From a virus (taxonomy: Duplodnaviria; Caudoviricetes): DNA of 38,028 nucleotides. The stretch is from IMG/VR virus record IMGVR_UViG_3300037478_000472, positions 1 to 38,028 of that record; one strand, written 5' to 3'. This document shows positions 1 through 7,809 of the stretch, one piece after another. Both the position numbers and the translations under genes were made by a program. The first letter of the stretch is position 1, and the number at the start of each line of letters is the position of its first letter. A model generated the notes under the pieces. That model did not search any database. It was not told where the DNA came from and saw only the letters and a program-made list of their open reading frames with translations.

Positions 1-127
1 ACCGCCGACGAAGAGGCCGGAGGGATCCCAGTTCCGGAGGCGATTGCGTCGCGCACTGGTATCCGCTCTGTCCCTGTGACTCCAGCCGGTATCGCGCACC
101 GCATCCGCACCGGACAGGGGCTCGAGC
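1..127. repeat. Terminal direct repeat, copy 1 (circular overlap)
   Basis: Identical to 37902-38028 (127 bp). Confidence 0.97.
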
Positions 128-1650
128 GCACGCGCGAGCAGGCCCGTGACGCCCAGCGTGCGCGCATGGCGGCCGACGCGGTGCCGTCCCGCGAAGCGCT
201 CGCGGTGCGCGCGCAGAGCGGTGGTATCGGCGAGCCCGGGCCGGGCGGAGCCTACGGTCTCGGACAGCTTGCGTCGGCTACGACGCTCGGCGCGCTCATC
301 CCGGTGCCCGGTGCAGGCACCGCGGGTTTGCGCGGCGTCCTTGCGCGCGTCGGCGGCCAGGCCGCAATCGGCGGCGGCATGGGAGCGATCCAGGGCGCTG
401 GTGAGGCTCCGACGGCTGCGGAGGTGCCGGACGCTGCACTCACGCGTGGCCTGCAGAGTGCAGCTCTTGCCGGTGGACTGAGCGCAGGGATGGAGGGCGC
501 CGGCGGACTGCTCTCGCGACTGGGGCCGTGGGCCGACCGCTTGCGCCTGCCAGCGGCCCGAGCTCGCATGGGGGCGTCCGGGATTCGCCAAGCGGCTGAC
601 GTCGACATGATCGACGATCCCGTTCGCGCTGCTGAGATTTTGCGCGAGACGGACATCTCACGCGGTCTGCGATCCACGCGCGCAGCGGGAGAACGCGCGG
701 AGCAGGTGCGCTCGGCCGCGAACGCTGGCATCACCGCGTTGCAGCGTGAGGCTCGCCAGGCGGGGCAGCGCGCCACTGCAGCTGGGACGTACCGGGGCGG
801 GCCGGGACAAGCGCAGCCGGGGATGGTTCGGATCGAAGATATCGAGCGGCGCCTGACGGGACTCGCCGGCGGAATCGAGGGTCAGGGTGCGCCTGCGGTT
901 GGCGCGCGGTCGGAGGTCGATGCGCTACTGCGTCGGTACACCGACGCGTACCCGCAGGGCGATGTACCGATCGATCCGATGATGGCGGACTGGCGTGCGT
1001 TCGGTAATCCGGAGAACTTCCGCGAAGGCCAACCGTGGAACGTGCTCGCAGGATCGCGCAGGGGGCTCCGTGGAGAGTTCCGCGGCCTGATGGAGCAGGC
1101 GATGGAGAGCGCGTCCGGACCTGGCGCGCGCGACCAGTTGGGGAGCGCGCTCGAGCGTGTGCACGTGGCGCGTACCGCACAGCGCGGCGCCCGCCGCGCT
1201 GCGCGGCGCGCGGGCGGTAACCGTCAGCTATCTCCGACTGACTACCTCGCGATGATGGCAGGCCTTGGAGGGGCGGGCGCGGGCGCGGCGATGGCCGACC
1301 CAGTGACAGCACTCGGTTCTGCTGCCGGCGCGGTGGTTATCAATCGTGCGGTGCGCGGCCGTGAGCACGCCATCAGCGCGACCGCCCTCGAGGGGCTCAG
1401 CGGCGCTCTGCGCGCGATGGGTCCTCGTGCGCAGGGCTGGGCAAACACGCTCGATGGTGCTGCTCGCAGAGGGCCCGTTGCGCTCGCGGCAGCACACGCG
1501 ACGTTGCAGCGCACCAGCCCCGAGTATCGTCAGACCTTGCAGCAAGTCGAGGAAGGCGGCGGCGAGCAACCGGAGCAGGACGCTGCAGCAGTCGACGCGC
1601 TCCTGCGTGAGCAGGGAATCGATCCGTCGCAACTGGAACAAGAGGAGTAG
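1..1650 (+). CDS. 3' part of a putative internal virion/DNA ejection protein (about 708 aa; begins at 37425 and crosses the join)
   Basis: The 76..1650 frame is open back to base 1 and continues the ORF starting at ATG 37425. Ala/Gly/Arg-rich; third large ORF after the nozzle gene. Confidence 0.7.
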   Translation, partial: TADEEAGGIPVPEAIASRTGIRSVPVTPAGIAHRIRTGQGLERTREQARDAQRARMAADAVPSREALAVRAQSGGIGEPGPGGAYGLGQLASATTLGALIPVPGAGTAGLRGVLARVGGQAAIGGGMGAIQGAGEAPTAAEVPDAALTRGLQSAALAGGLSAGMEGAGGLLSRLGPWADRLRLPAARARMGASGIRQAADVDMIDDPVRAAEILRETDISRGLRSTRAAGERAEQVRSAANAGITALQREARQAGQRATAAGTYRGGPGQAQPGMVRIEDIERRLTGLAGGIEGQGAPAVGARSEVDALLRRYTDAYPQGDVPIDPMMADWRAFGNPENFREGQPWNVLAGSRRGLRGEFRGLMEQAMESASGPGARDQLGSALERVHVARTAQRGARRAARRAGGNRQLSPTDYLAMMAGLGGAGAGAAMADPVTALGSAAGAVVINRAVRGREHAISATALEGLSGALRAMGPRAQGWANTLDGAARRGPVALAAAHATLQRTSPEYRQTLQQVEEGGGEQPEQDAAAVDALLREQGIDPSQLEQEE

Positions 1651-1655
1651 GAGAG

Positions 1656-2186
1656 ATGGCAATCGATAACCCTTCACTTGGCGGCACCGACGGTGCGAGT
1701 TCGCCGCTTCCGCAACCCGGCGGATGGATCAAACTGATCGACGCGGTCGCGCTCACCACCGACCCCTCTAGCGGTGTATCGGCAGTCATCGGCGTCGAGG
1801 CCGCACGACGTGCCACTCTGTGGATCGCCGCAGATGTTGGCGCAGCAGGCGCGTACGCGCAGATCTTTCCTTTCGTGTCTGCGCAGAGGACCGCGCCTGC
1901 CGTGGGCGATGACGTTTGGTTCTCGCCGGCGGTGCTCGACACCACGCCGACCGACACGCTTGTTACCGGCAGTTTTGCGTCTGGCTTCGACGCGACGATC
2001 GCGCCCGAATGGGGCGTGACAAAGGGTCGGCCGCAGGTGATCCGCACTCTCGACGGCGATGCCGGCACGGACAAGATCCGCATGTGCATCCCGCTCGATG
2101 TGACGCACGCACGATGGTTCCACATTCAGGCCGAGGAAGTCGTCGGCGCCATGGTTCTCACCGTTTACCTGAACATCTCTTTGTGA
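1656..2186 (+). CDS. Hypothetical virion-associated protein, beta-rich
   Basis: AGGAG upstream of the ATG; GTGA-coupled to the next gene. Confidence 0.65.
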   Translation: MAIDNPSLGGTDGASSPLPQPGGWIKLIDAVALTTDPSSGVSAVIGVEAARRATLWIAADVGAAGAYAQIFPFVSAQRTAPAVGDDVWFSPAVLDTTPTDTLVTGSFASGFDATIAPEWGVTKGRPQVIRTLDGDAGTDKIRMCIPLDVTHARWFHIQAEEVVGAMVLTVYLNISL

Positions 2187-2941
2187 TCTTCCGACCCACA
2201 TACGACCCCGTTTTCCCCGCGCTCTTCGATGCGCGCGCGGGCGGTGTTCCGTGGGAAGGCGAGAGCGGTGGCGGCGTCTGGACTCCGGAGGGCGTGTTCG
2301 GCGCCGCGCAGATCGTTTACTTCGACGCGCACGACTCGCCCTACTCAGGCGGTACGATCACCAACCTCGGGTCGCTCGGCGCTGCAGCGAACGCAACGCA
2401 GGCCACTGCAGATAAGCGCGCCGCGAAGAGCGTCGGTGGCGCACCGAGCGGTCGCGATGTGTGGTCCTTCGACGGTGTCGACGACACGTGCTCTACGGCA
2501 CAGCTGACGGCGGTTGGCCAATCGTACACAGCGTGCGCGGTGGTCCGCTCCGCGTCGACTGTCAATAGCGATTACGTGTGCGACGGTTTCGACGCAAACA
2601 ACCGTGTTGGGATTTCGGTCAACGACGCGTCTACGTACTACGGGTATTCGGGCGGCGCTTCGTTCCCGTTCACACCATCCATCACGGTACTCAACACGTG
2701 GCACATACTACTCTATGAGGCGAACGGTCCGGATTCGACGCTATACGCAAACAACATCGCGGGTACTCCTATGGACGCCGGCGCGCACGCGTACCGCGGC
2801 ACATCGCTGGGCTCGAGCTTCGACACGGCCGGCACGTACCTGCAGTGCCTGCTCGCGGAGTACCGCGTTATCAATCGCCTGCTCACTGCAGGCGAAAAAC
2901 AGGACTTGTACCTCTACCAGCGCGGTCGGTGGGGTGTCTGA
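2183..2941 (+). CDS. LamG/concanavalin-A-like domain protein, candidate receptor-binding or tail protein
   Basis: GTG 2183 overlaps the upstream TGA. The motifs YFDA, WSFDGVDD, NTWHILL and EYRVINRLLTAGEKQDLYLY...RWG resemble phage LamG-like proteins. Confidence 0.65.
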   Translation: MIFRPTYDPVFPALFDARAGGVPWEGESGGGVWTPEGVFGAAQIVYFDAHDSPYSGGTITNLGSLGAAANATQATADKRAAKSVGGAPSGRDVWSFDGVDDTCSTAQLTAVGQSYTACAVVRSASTVNSDYVCDGFDANNRVGISVNDASTYYGYSGGASFPFTPSITVLNTWHILLYEANGPDSTLYANNIAGTPMDAGAHAYRGTSLGSSFDTAGTYLQCLLAEYRVINRLLTAGEKQDLYLYQRGRWGV

Positions 2942-3363
2942 TGACGGCACTCGAGATCGTTCTGACCGCGGCTCTGCCGCTGCTCATGGCGGCGGGGGCC
3001 GGCATTCTCAAGATCGTGCAGTGGAATCAGCAGCGCAGAGAGCGAGTCGAGATGCGACGCATTGAAGCAGAGGAGCGCGATGGTGAGCGAGAGGATCGCA
3101 CCGTGGAGCGCCTGTGGGCGTGCCTCAAAGAGGATCGCCAGCGCATCCAGGAGCTCGAGGATACGTCGCACGAATGCTTGAAGCAGCTCGCCGAAGCGAA
3201 GGTCGAGATCGAGCGGAGCATGCGCGAGTCGGTTCGCGCTGAGACAAAGCGCGAGGTCAAGCGCGCGCTGTCGGATCCAAGGGGCATCCCCGTTCAGCGC
3301 GAAGTGCAGAAGCGGACGAACTTGCCTTCCGAACACCCATTTCCACCCCGGAAGAAGCCCTAG
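2941..3363 (+). CDS. Membrane-anchored coiled-coil protein (lysis-module candidate)
   Basis: ATG overlaps the upstream stop; hydrophobic N-terminus LEIVLTAALPLLMAAGAGILKIV followed by a charged helical region. Confidence 0.6.
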   Translation: MTALEIVLTAALPLLMAAGAGILKIVQWNQQRRERVEMRRIEAEERDGEREDRTVERLWACLKEDRQRIQELEDTSHECLKQLAEAKVEIERSMRESVRAETKREVKRALSDPRGIPVQREVQKRTNLPSEHPFPPRKKP

Positions 3364-3372
3364 GAGGCTCCC

Positions 3373-3585
3373 ATGATGTCAGCACTGCTAATCCTCGTTC
3401 TGTTTCTCGTGCTCGTAGGCGTAGGGCTATGGGCGCTCGGCCAGTTCCCCGCGATCGACCCGACGATCAAGAAAGTCATCAAGGTACTGGTCGTAGTCAT
3501 CGTGGTCGTGGTCGTGGTCCTTTTCCTCTTCCACTACGTCTTGGGCGTCGACCTTCCCGGCGGTCGCGGCGGGCTGCTGCGGTGA
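3373..3585 (+). CDS. Small two-TM membrane protein, holin candidate (resembles the Thivi_2564 family)
   Basis: AGGAGG RBS; two hydrophobic stretches separated by PAIDPTIKK; adjacent Met-Met start. Confidence 0.65.
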   Translation: MMSALLILVLFLVLVGVGLWALGQFPAIDPTIKKVIKVLVVVIVVVVVVLFLFHYVLGVDLPGGRGGLLR

Positions 3586-3586
3586 C

Positions 3587-3934
3587 GTGGCAAACACACG
3601 ACGACCGCCGCGCAAGCCGAGCTCGCAGAGCTGGTATCTGCCGCACTCAGAGCGGCGGGAGATGTACGTCGCCAGGCATTTGCTCGTGGAGGTCGACGTG
3701 ATCGAAGCGCACCTTGACGAGCTCTCCGCAGCGACGCCAGAAGAGCGCCGAGCACGTCTTGAAGTGCTGGCAGCGCGACTCATGCGCTCCACGTGGGACG
3801 AGGCAGCGAAATACGAGAGCGAGCTCCGCTCCGCGCTCGACGTCGCGCGCGCGGTAATCGCCAGGCTTGAGAGCGAGCTGCGTCAGCATGGACTGCCCGT
3901 GCCGACCGACCGGAAGGACTCGGAGCTGCCATGA
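3587..3934 (+). CDS. Hypothetical helical protein
   Basis: Fills the operon gap; ATGA overlap with the next gene. Confidence 0.55.
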   Translation: MANTRRPPRKPSSQSWYLPHSERREMYVARHLLVEVDVIEAHLDELSAATPEERRARLEVLAARLMRSTWDEAAKYESELRSALDVARAVIARLESELRQHGLPVPTDRKDSELP

Positions 3935-4284
3935 CGGACATCGTGCAGTTCGCCGTCGACGTGCTGCTGCTAGCGGGAGGACTCCTGCTGCTACGCAAGT
4001 CGCGCAAGGCGCCACCGAAGACAGACCTACTCGCGTCGCACGACGAAGTGGTCATGGCGCGCTCCGCGACGCTACGTGCGCGCGGTGCTCGCCGGCGTAG
4101 GAGGTCGGTGATGGAAACAGCAATCGTGGCGTTGATCGCGGCGATCGAAGCACTCCTCGATCGTGACAAGGCGAAGGCGAAGGAGGAAATCGCGAAGGCG
4201 AAAATCGCGGTCGCCGAGATCGAAGTGAAGGAGGACGAGGGTTCCTGGGATTCGGACCTGGCGGAAAGGCTGAAACGGGGATGA
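3931..4284 (+). CDS. N-terminal TM protein; possible second in-frame start at 4111
   Basis: IVQFAVDVLLLAGGLLLL followed by basic residues; AGGAGG precedes the internal ATG at 4111. Confidence 0.6.
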   Translation: MTDIVQFAVDVLLLAGGLLLLRKSRKAPPKTDLLASHDEVVMARSATLRARGARRRRRSVMETAIVALIAAIEALLDRDKAKAKEEIAKAKIAVAEIEVKEDEGSWDSDLAERLKRG

Positions 4285-4910
4285 GCTGGCTCATCGTCAC
4301 GCCCGACCGCAACTCCAAGGGCAAGCGCGACTACACGGGCGCCTTCAGACCCGAAGCGGCGGCGTTCCTGAAGCACCATGGGCGCACGGAAACGCCCGTG
4401 CGCGTCGCGCTCGACACGAGCCCACACATGCGCCAGGTGCAGTTGCTCGGCGCGATCAACGATAGCCCGCCACTCGAGCTGATCGCGCTCTTCACGCACG
4501 GCTTGCGCAGTCGGCTGCCCCAGTTCGGGTGGTCGCTGTCGGACGTCTCCGAGCTCGCGCTGATGATCGTGATGCACAGCGTCCCTGACGTGCGCGTGGT
4601 GCTGTACGCCTGCGACACGGCAGCAGGCACCGGGCCTGGCGGTGATGGCGGCTTCGCCGATGCGCTACGTGACGAAACAGTGCGGCTCGGCGCACTCGGA
4701 TGCCAGGTCGACGCGCACAAGACCGCGGGGCACACGACGCGCAATCCATACGTGCGGCGCTTCGACGCCAGCCAGCAAGGCAAGGGCGGCACCTGGCTCG
4801 TGGACCCTGACGGGCCGCTGTGGCGCCGCTGGGTGCGGGCGCTGCGCGAAACGCCGCTCCGCTATGACTTCCCCCTGCTGACGCAGGCGGAGATCCACGC
4901 GCGTCTCTAG
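4281..4910 (+). CDS. Putative clan CD (caspase-fold, DUF4347-like) cysteine peptidase
   Basis: LIALFTHG (His73) and VRVVLYACDTAAG (Cys111), followed by GFADAL. Confidence 0.6.
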   Translation: MSWLIVTPDRNSKGKRDYTGAFRPEAAAFLKHHGRTETPVRVALDTSPHMRQVQLLGAINDSPPLELIALFTHGLRSRLPQFGWSLSDVSELALMIVMHSVPDVRVVLYACDTAAGTGPGGDGGFADALRDETVRLGALGCQVDAHKTAGHTTRNPYVRRFDASQQGKGGTWLVDPDGPLWRRWVRALRETPLRYDFPLLTQAEIHARL

Positions 4911-5410
4911 GGCTCCCTGTCCCGCAGCGCGCGGATGATCGCCTCGCGGTCCACGCGGTGCGCGCAATGCTCCTCGACCACCGCGATCGCTTCGTCGAGG
5001 GCAGCGACGCGCGCCTGAGCTACTGCGCGTTCCATGTCGCGGTTCCACGCGTCGATGGCCTGCCGGTGCCCTTCGGCTTCATGGGCCGCCTCCTCGCGCG
5101 CTTCGTCGCGCTGCACAAGCAGCTCAGCGCAGGTGCTGCGCATGCTATCGAGCTCGACGCGAGTTTTGTCGCGCTGTTCCAGAGCGTTTCCGACATGGTA
5201 GTTCCGCGACTTCCATGCCTCCGCTGCCCGCGCTTCGGCCGCGTCGAGGGCGGTGCCGGCGGGCGCGGGCCACGGTCCGCCGCAAGAATCGCACGTGCCC
5301 GTCTCCGGCATTGGCAGCGGGCCGACGGCGCGGTCAAGCCCGAGCGAGCTGCACAGCGCGCACGTGAGCGTGTGGTACCTGGTGTCGGCCGCATCGTCGC
5401 TGTCGATCAC
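4907..5410 (-). CDS. Zn-ribbon plus coiled-coil accessory protein
   Basis: GTG after GGAGG; CALC...CDSC; stop overlaps the convergent gene at CTAG. Confidence 0.65.
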   Translation of the reverse strand: MIDSDDAADTRYHTLTCALCSSLGLDRAVGPLPMPETGTCDSCGGPWPAPAGTALDAAEARAAEAWKSRNYHVGNALEQRDKTRVELDSMRSTCAELLVQRDEAREEAAHEAEGHRQAIDAWNRDMERAVAQARVAALDEAIAVVEEHCAHRVDREAIIRALRDREP

Positions 5411-5607
5411 TTCTCGCCTCCGGGGTCGGGTGGGGTGGTGGGGAACCAAGTCAGGTCGCGCAGGCACGAGGAACACAGCGGCGCATAATCGATCACGGCA
5501 CCGTCGAGCGCGGTCACGATGACGCGTACTTCCGGCGCGAACCGCTGGCATCGCCAGCACAGCGCTTCGTCCAGGATCGGCTCGGCGATCAAACGCCCGT
5601 CACCCAT
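5407..5607 (-). CDS. Small CxxC...CxxC protein
   Basis: GGAGG RBS; CWRC and CSSC; coupled to the next gene. Confidence 0.65.
   Translation of the reverse strand: MGDGRLIAEPILDEALCWRCQRFAPEVRVIVTALDGAVIDYAPLCSSCLRDLTWFPTTPPDPGGEK
5413..5438. repeat. 26-bp G-rich direct repeat, copy 1
   Basis: ctcgcctccggggtcgggtggggtgg, identical to 5609-5634. Confidence 0.95.
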
Positions 5608-5608
5608 G

Positions 5609-5634
5609 CTCGCCTCCGGGGTCGGGTGGGGTGG
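5609..5634. repeat. 26-bp G-rich direct repeat, copy 2
   Basis: Identical to 5413-5438. Confidence 0.95.
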
Positions 5635-5637
5635 GGC

Positions 5638-5742
5638 TCATGCTGCACGCTCCTTCACTCGCGCTCGTCGCGCGATCTCGACCAGCCATTCCGCGAACGC
5701 CTGCGGCGTTCTCCGCCGCTGCTGTGCCGAGCAGACGGTCAC
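5638..5742 (-). pseudogene. 34-codon ORF, probable C-terminal remnant of a phage methyltransferase-like gene
   Basis: GTGA-coupled start; CSAQQRRRTPQAFAEWLVEIARR resembles a C-terminal motif that I recall from longer phage proteins. Confidence 0.35.
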
Positions 5743-6281
5743 GGCTCCCGATCCCGCAACTGGGCCACCAGCGCCAGTGTCGCTTCCGCCGGCATCTGCG
5801 CCTCGTGCGCCTCGCGCAGCTGCTCGGCCAGACGTCCCGCCTCCTCTGTCACGGCGTCGCACTGCGCGCGGTCCTGCGCGGCCTGGCGCAGCGCTTCGTC
5901 GCGCTCGCGCACGATCGCACGCACGCGCTCGGCCAGCGTCGCTTCGCTGCGCTGCTCGCCCTCTGCGCCGAGAGCGTCGTGTACCAGATCGAGCGCGCGC
6001 ATCACGACCGCCTGCCGCGCTTCGCCTGCGGCCGCTCCCTTCCGGTAGGCGCGAGCGGCTACGATGTCAGCCCGTCCAAGCGAGCCGTCCGCATGGCTGA
6101 CCTCTAGTGCCCGCTCTGCTTCCGCTGCCCGCGCTTCGGCCGCATCGAGGGCGGCGAGTAGGGCGCGTAGGTCTCCTGCGCAGACAGAGCGGTCCTCGTC
6201 GTCGAGGTCAGCAGGCGCCAGCGACCGTGCCGCCCAGCGGCGGACATTCGCCACCCGCCGCGCGCGCTCGTCGTCGGTCAT
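5739..6281 (-). CDS. Coiled-coil accessory protein, paralogous to 4907..5410
   Basis: ATGA-coupled start MTDDERARR; shares ALDAAEARAAEA, RDEA and the LRDREP C-terminus. Confidence 0.7.
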   Translation of the reverse strand: MTDDERARRVANVRRWAARSLAPADLDDEDRSVCAGDLRALLAALDAAEARAAEAERALEVSHADGSLGRADIVAARAYRKGAAAGEARQAVVMRALDLVHDALGAEGEQRSEATLAERVRAIVRERDEALRQAAQDRAQCDAVTEEAGRLAEQLREAHEAQMPAEATLALVAQLRDREP

Positions 6282-6592
6282 CGCTGGCCTCGTGCGGCGT
6301 CGTAGGCGTTGATAGCTCTCTCGACGGTGCAAATCGTGCACGGACACGCCCCTCGCGCACACAGGTAAGGCCGCTGAATCTGGAGAGTTGCATCCCGTAG
6401 CGCGTCCGCGGCGGCCACGATGGCGCGCAGGCGGGTGAGCTCTGCCATCAGCGTCCTGATGCGCAGTGCGTACGATGGGGGGCGCTCTTTCAGATGCTGG
6501 CATCCGCCGCTTGTCGTCATCCCCGAAGGGCGCTCGGTGCGCATGACGCAATCGCGGTCGGAGCACGGCGTACACCAGTCGTCTTCGCTCAT
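6278..6592 (-). CDS. Cys-rich hypothetical protein
   Basis: GAGGAG RBS before MSEDDWCTPC; CxxxxCxCxxC near the C-terminus. Confidence 0.65.
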   Translation of the reverse strand: MSEDDWCTPCSDRDCVMRTERPSGMTTSGGCQHLKERPPSYALRIRTLMAELTRLRAIVAAADALRDATLQIQRPYLCARGACPCTICTVERAINAYDAARGQR

Positions 6593-6946
6593 CGCTCCTC
6601 GCTTTCCTTGCGCAGCACATCGCGGCCGGCGGGGGTGATCGCCAGCCAGCCATTGCGGACGAGCACGTACAGCTCGATCGTCGAAACATGCTCGTACGTG
6701 AGCAATCGAATCGCCTCGAGCGCGCGCTACCCCCGTGGCCTCTACGACGTACGTGTCGATGTACTCCTGCACATCGCGCAGCGCGTGATGGAAGCGTTCG
6801 GCTTGTGCGATGAACGCGCTCATCCGGATGTCGTCGTCGCGCAGCGGGTTCGCGGGGATGGAGTAGCGCGCGTGCTCTCGCTCGGGCTGGCGGAAGTGCG
6901 AGGCGTTGAACCGAAGAAGGATCTCTCGCGCCTCATTGACCGTCAC
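6589..6946 (-). CDS. Hypothetical gene, possibly frameshifted near 6727
   Basis: Protein-like frame from GTG 6946; the protein-like, ATGA-coupled tail lies in the +1 frame. Confidence 0.4.
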
Positions 6947-6974
6947 GTGCCCGGCACGCGTGTGGTCTTCGCGC

Positions 6975-7204
6975 AGGTGTCGGTCCAAGTGTCGGTTTGA
7001 ACTGCAATCCGGCGCAATCCCGCGAGTCGCAGCGTCAGGATTCTCCGAGGATTGCAGTCCCGCACTGTCAGGCGAAGCCGGTGTGTCAGCTTGGGAAGCT
7101 GACACTCTACCAACTGAGTTACACCCGCGAGCGTTGATATCGTTATTCTTTTTCGCCATCGCCGTCAAGCTCTCCGGGGGAGGTGTCGGTCGAAGTGTCG
7201 GTTT
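6975..7204. other. attP: attP: arm-type repeats (6975-6998, 7181-7204) flanking a core (7083-7105)
   Basis: aggtgtcggtc(c/g)aagtgtcggttt occurs twice (23/24 identical). The core is gtgtcagc-N7-gctgacac within a tRNA fragment, and a tyrosine integrase lies 0.8 kb away. Confidence 0.85.
7086..7128 (-). pseudogene. 5' half of tRNA-Gly(CCC), att identity block
   Basis: GCGGGTG TA ACTC AGTTGGTA GAGT G TCAGC TTCCCAA GCTGA; no T-arm or acceptor 3' strand follows. Confidence 0.9.
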
Positions 7205-7388
7205 CATCGCGCAAAATGCGTCGGACCTGCCCGAGCGGCACGTTGTCCGGAGCGCTCAGATAGAAGCCGCCGAAATCGTTTTCAAGCAGCTGGTCAACCG
7301 TCGCGAGTTTGCGACGTAGCTCCGCTACTTCATCGAGCGCGTCATCGCCGTAGCAAAGCGGCGCGCTCCATTTCCAATCGTCGCTCAT
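7143..7388 (-). CDS. Hypothetical acidic protein; its 3' end overlaps an attP arm
   Basis: ATGA-coupled start MSDDWKW; TDTSTDT is encoded by the arm repeat. Confidence 0.55.
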   Translation of the reverse strand: MSDDWKWSAPLCYGDDALDEVAELRRKLATVDQLLENDFGGFYLSAPDNVPLGQVRRILRDETDTSTDTSPGELDGDGEKE

Positions 7389-7591
7389 CGCTCCATCCTC
7401 TCCGCGCTCGCGTCGAGCGCGTCCCTGGCCCATTCACTGAAATCCTGCTCCGCGAGCTCCGCCGCATGGCGCCACACCGCCACCGATTCGAGCGGCGCCA
7501 CGATGTGCAGGCGCACGCTGTCGCCCTGCCCCAGCCGGGGGCGGCCGGCGCCCTTGCGGGCGCCTCCGCGCCCTTGTTTCTCAGCGCTCAC
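7385..7591 (-). CDS. Ribbon-helix-helix-like DNA-binding protein with an RGGARKGAGRP leader
   Basis: GRGGARKGAGRPR, a strand SVRLHIVA, and helices ending FSEWARDALD. Confidence 0.7.
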   Translation of the reverse strand: MSAEKQGRGGARKGAGRPRLGQGDSVRLHIVAPLESVAVWRHAAELAEQDFSEWARDALDASAERMER

Positions 7592-7790
7592 CGGCCAGGT
7601 GCTCCGACACCATCGCGCGTAGGTCGCGCTTCTGGCTGGGCGAGAGCTCGCGGCCAAGCTGCTCAGCCGCAAAGGTGTAGTCCGCCGGGTAGAGGTCCTC
7701 GCTGTCCGTGAAATGCCGCGAGTCCGCGCCCTGTTCCGCCCACTCGCCCGCGATCTGTGCTGCCGCCTGTTCCAAAACCGTGATGTCCAT
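7581..7790 (-). CDS. Small acidic hypothetical protein
   Basis: GGAGG RBS; lies directly downstream of a sigma70-like promoter. Confidence 0.65.
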   Translation of the reverse strand: MDITVLEQAAAQIAGEWAEQGADSRHFTDSEDLYPADYTFAAEQLGRELSPSQKRDLRAMVSEHLAGER

Positions 7791-7809
7791 CGTCGCCTCC
7801 ATACCTCTG

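Noticed and set aside
4907-6281. Diversity-generating retroelement or invertase shufflon
   Set aside because: No reverse transcriptase or dedicated invertase; the repeats are short and direct, with too few mismatches to show an adenine-specific pattern.
7050-7128. Complete tRNA-Gly gene
   Set aside because: No T-loop or acceptor 3' strand follows the anticodon stem; it is a half gene.
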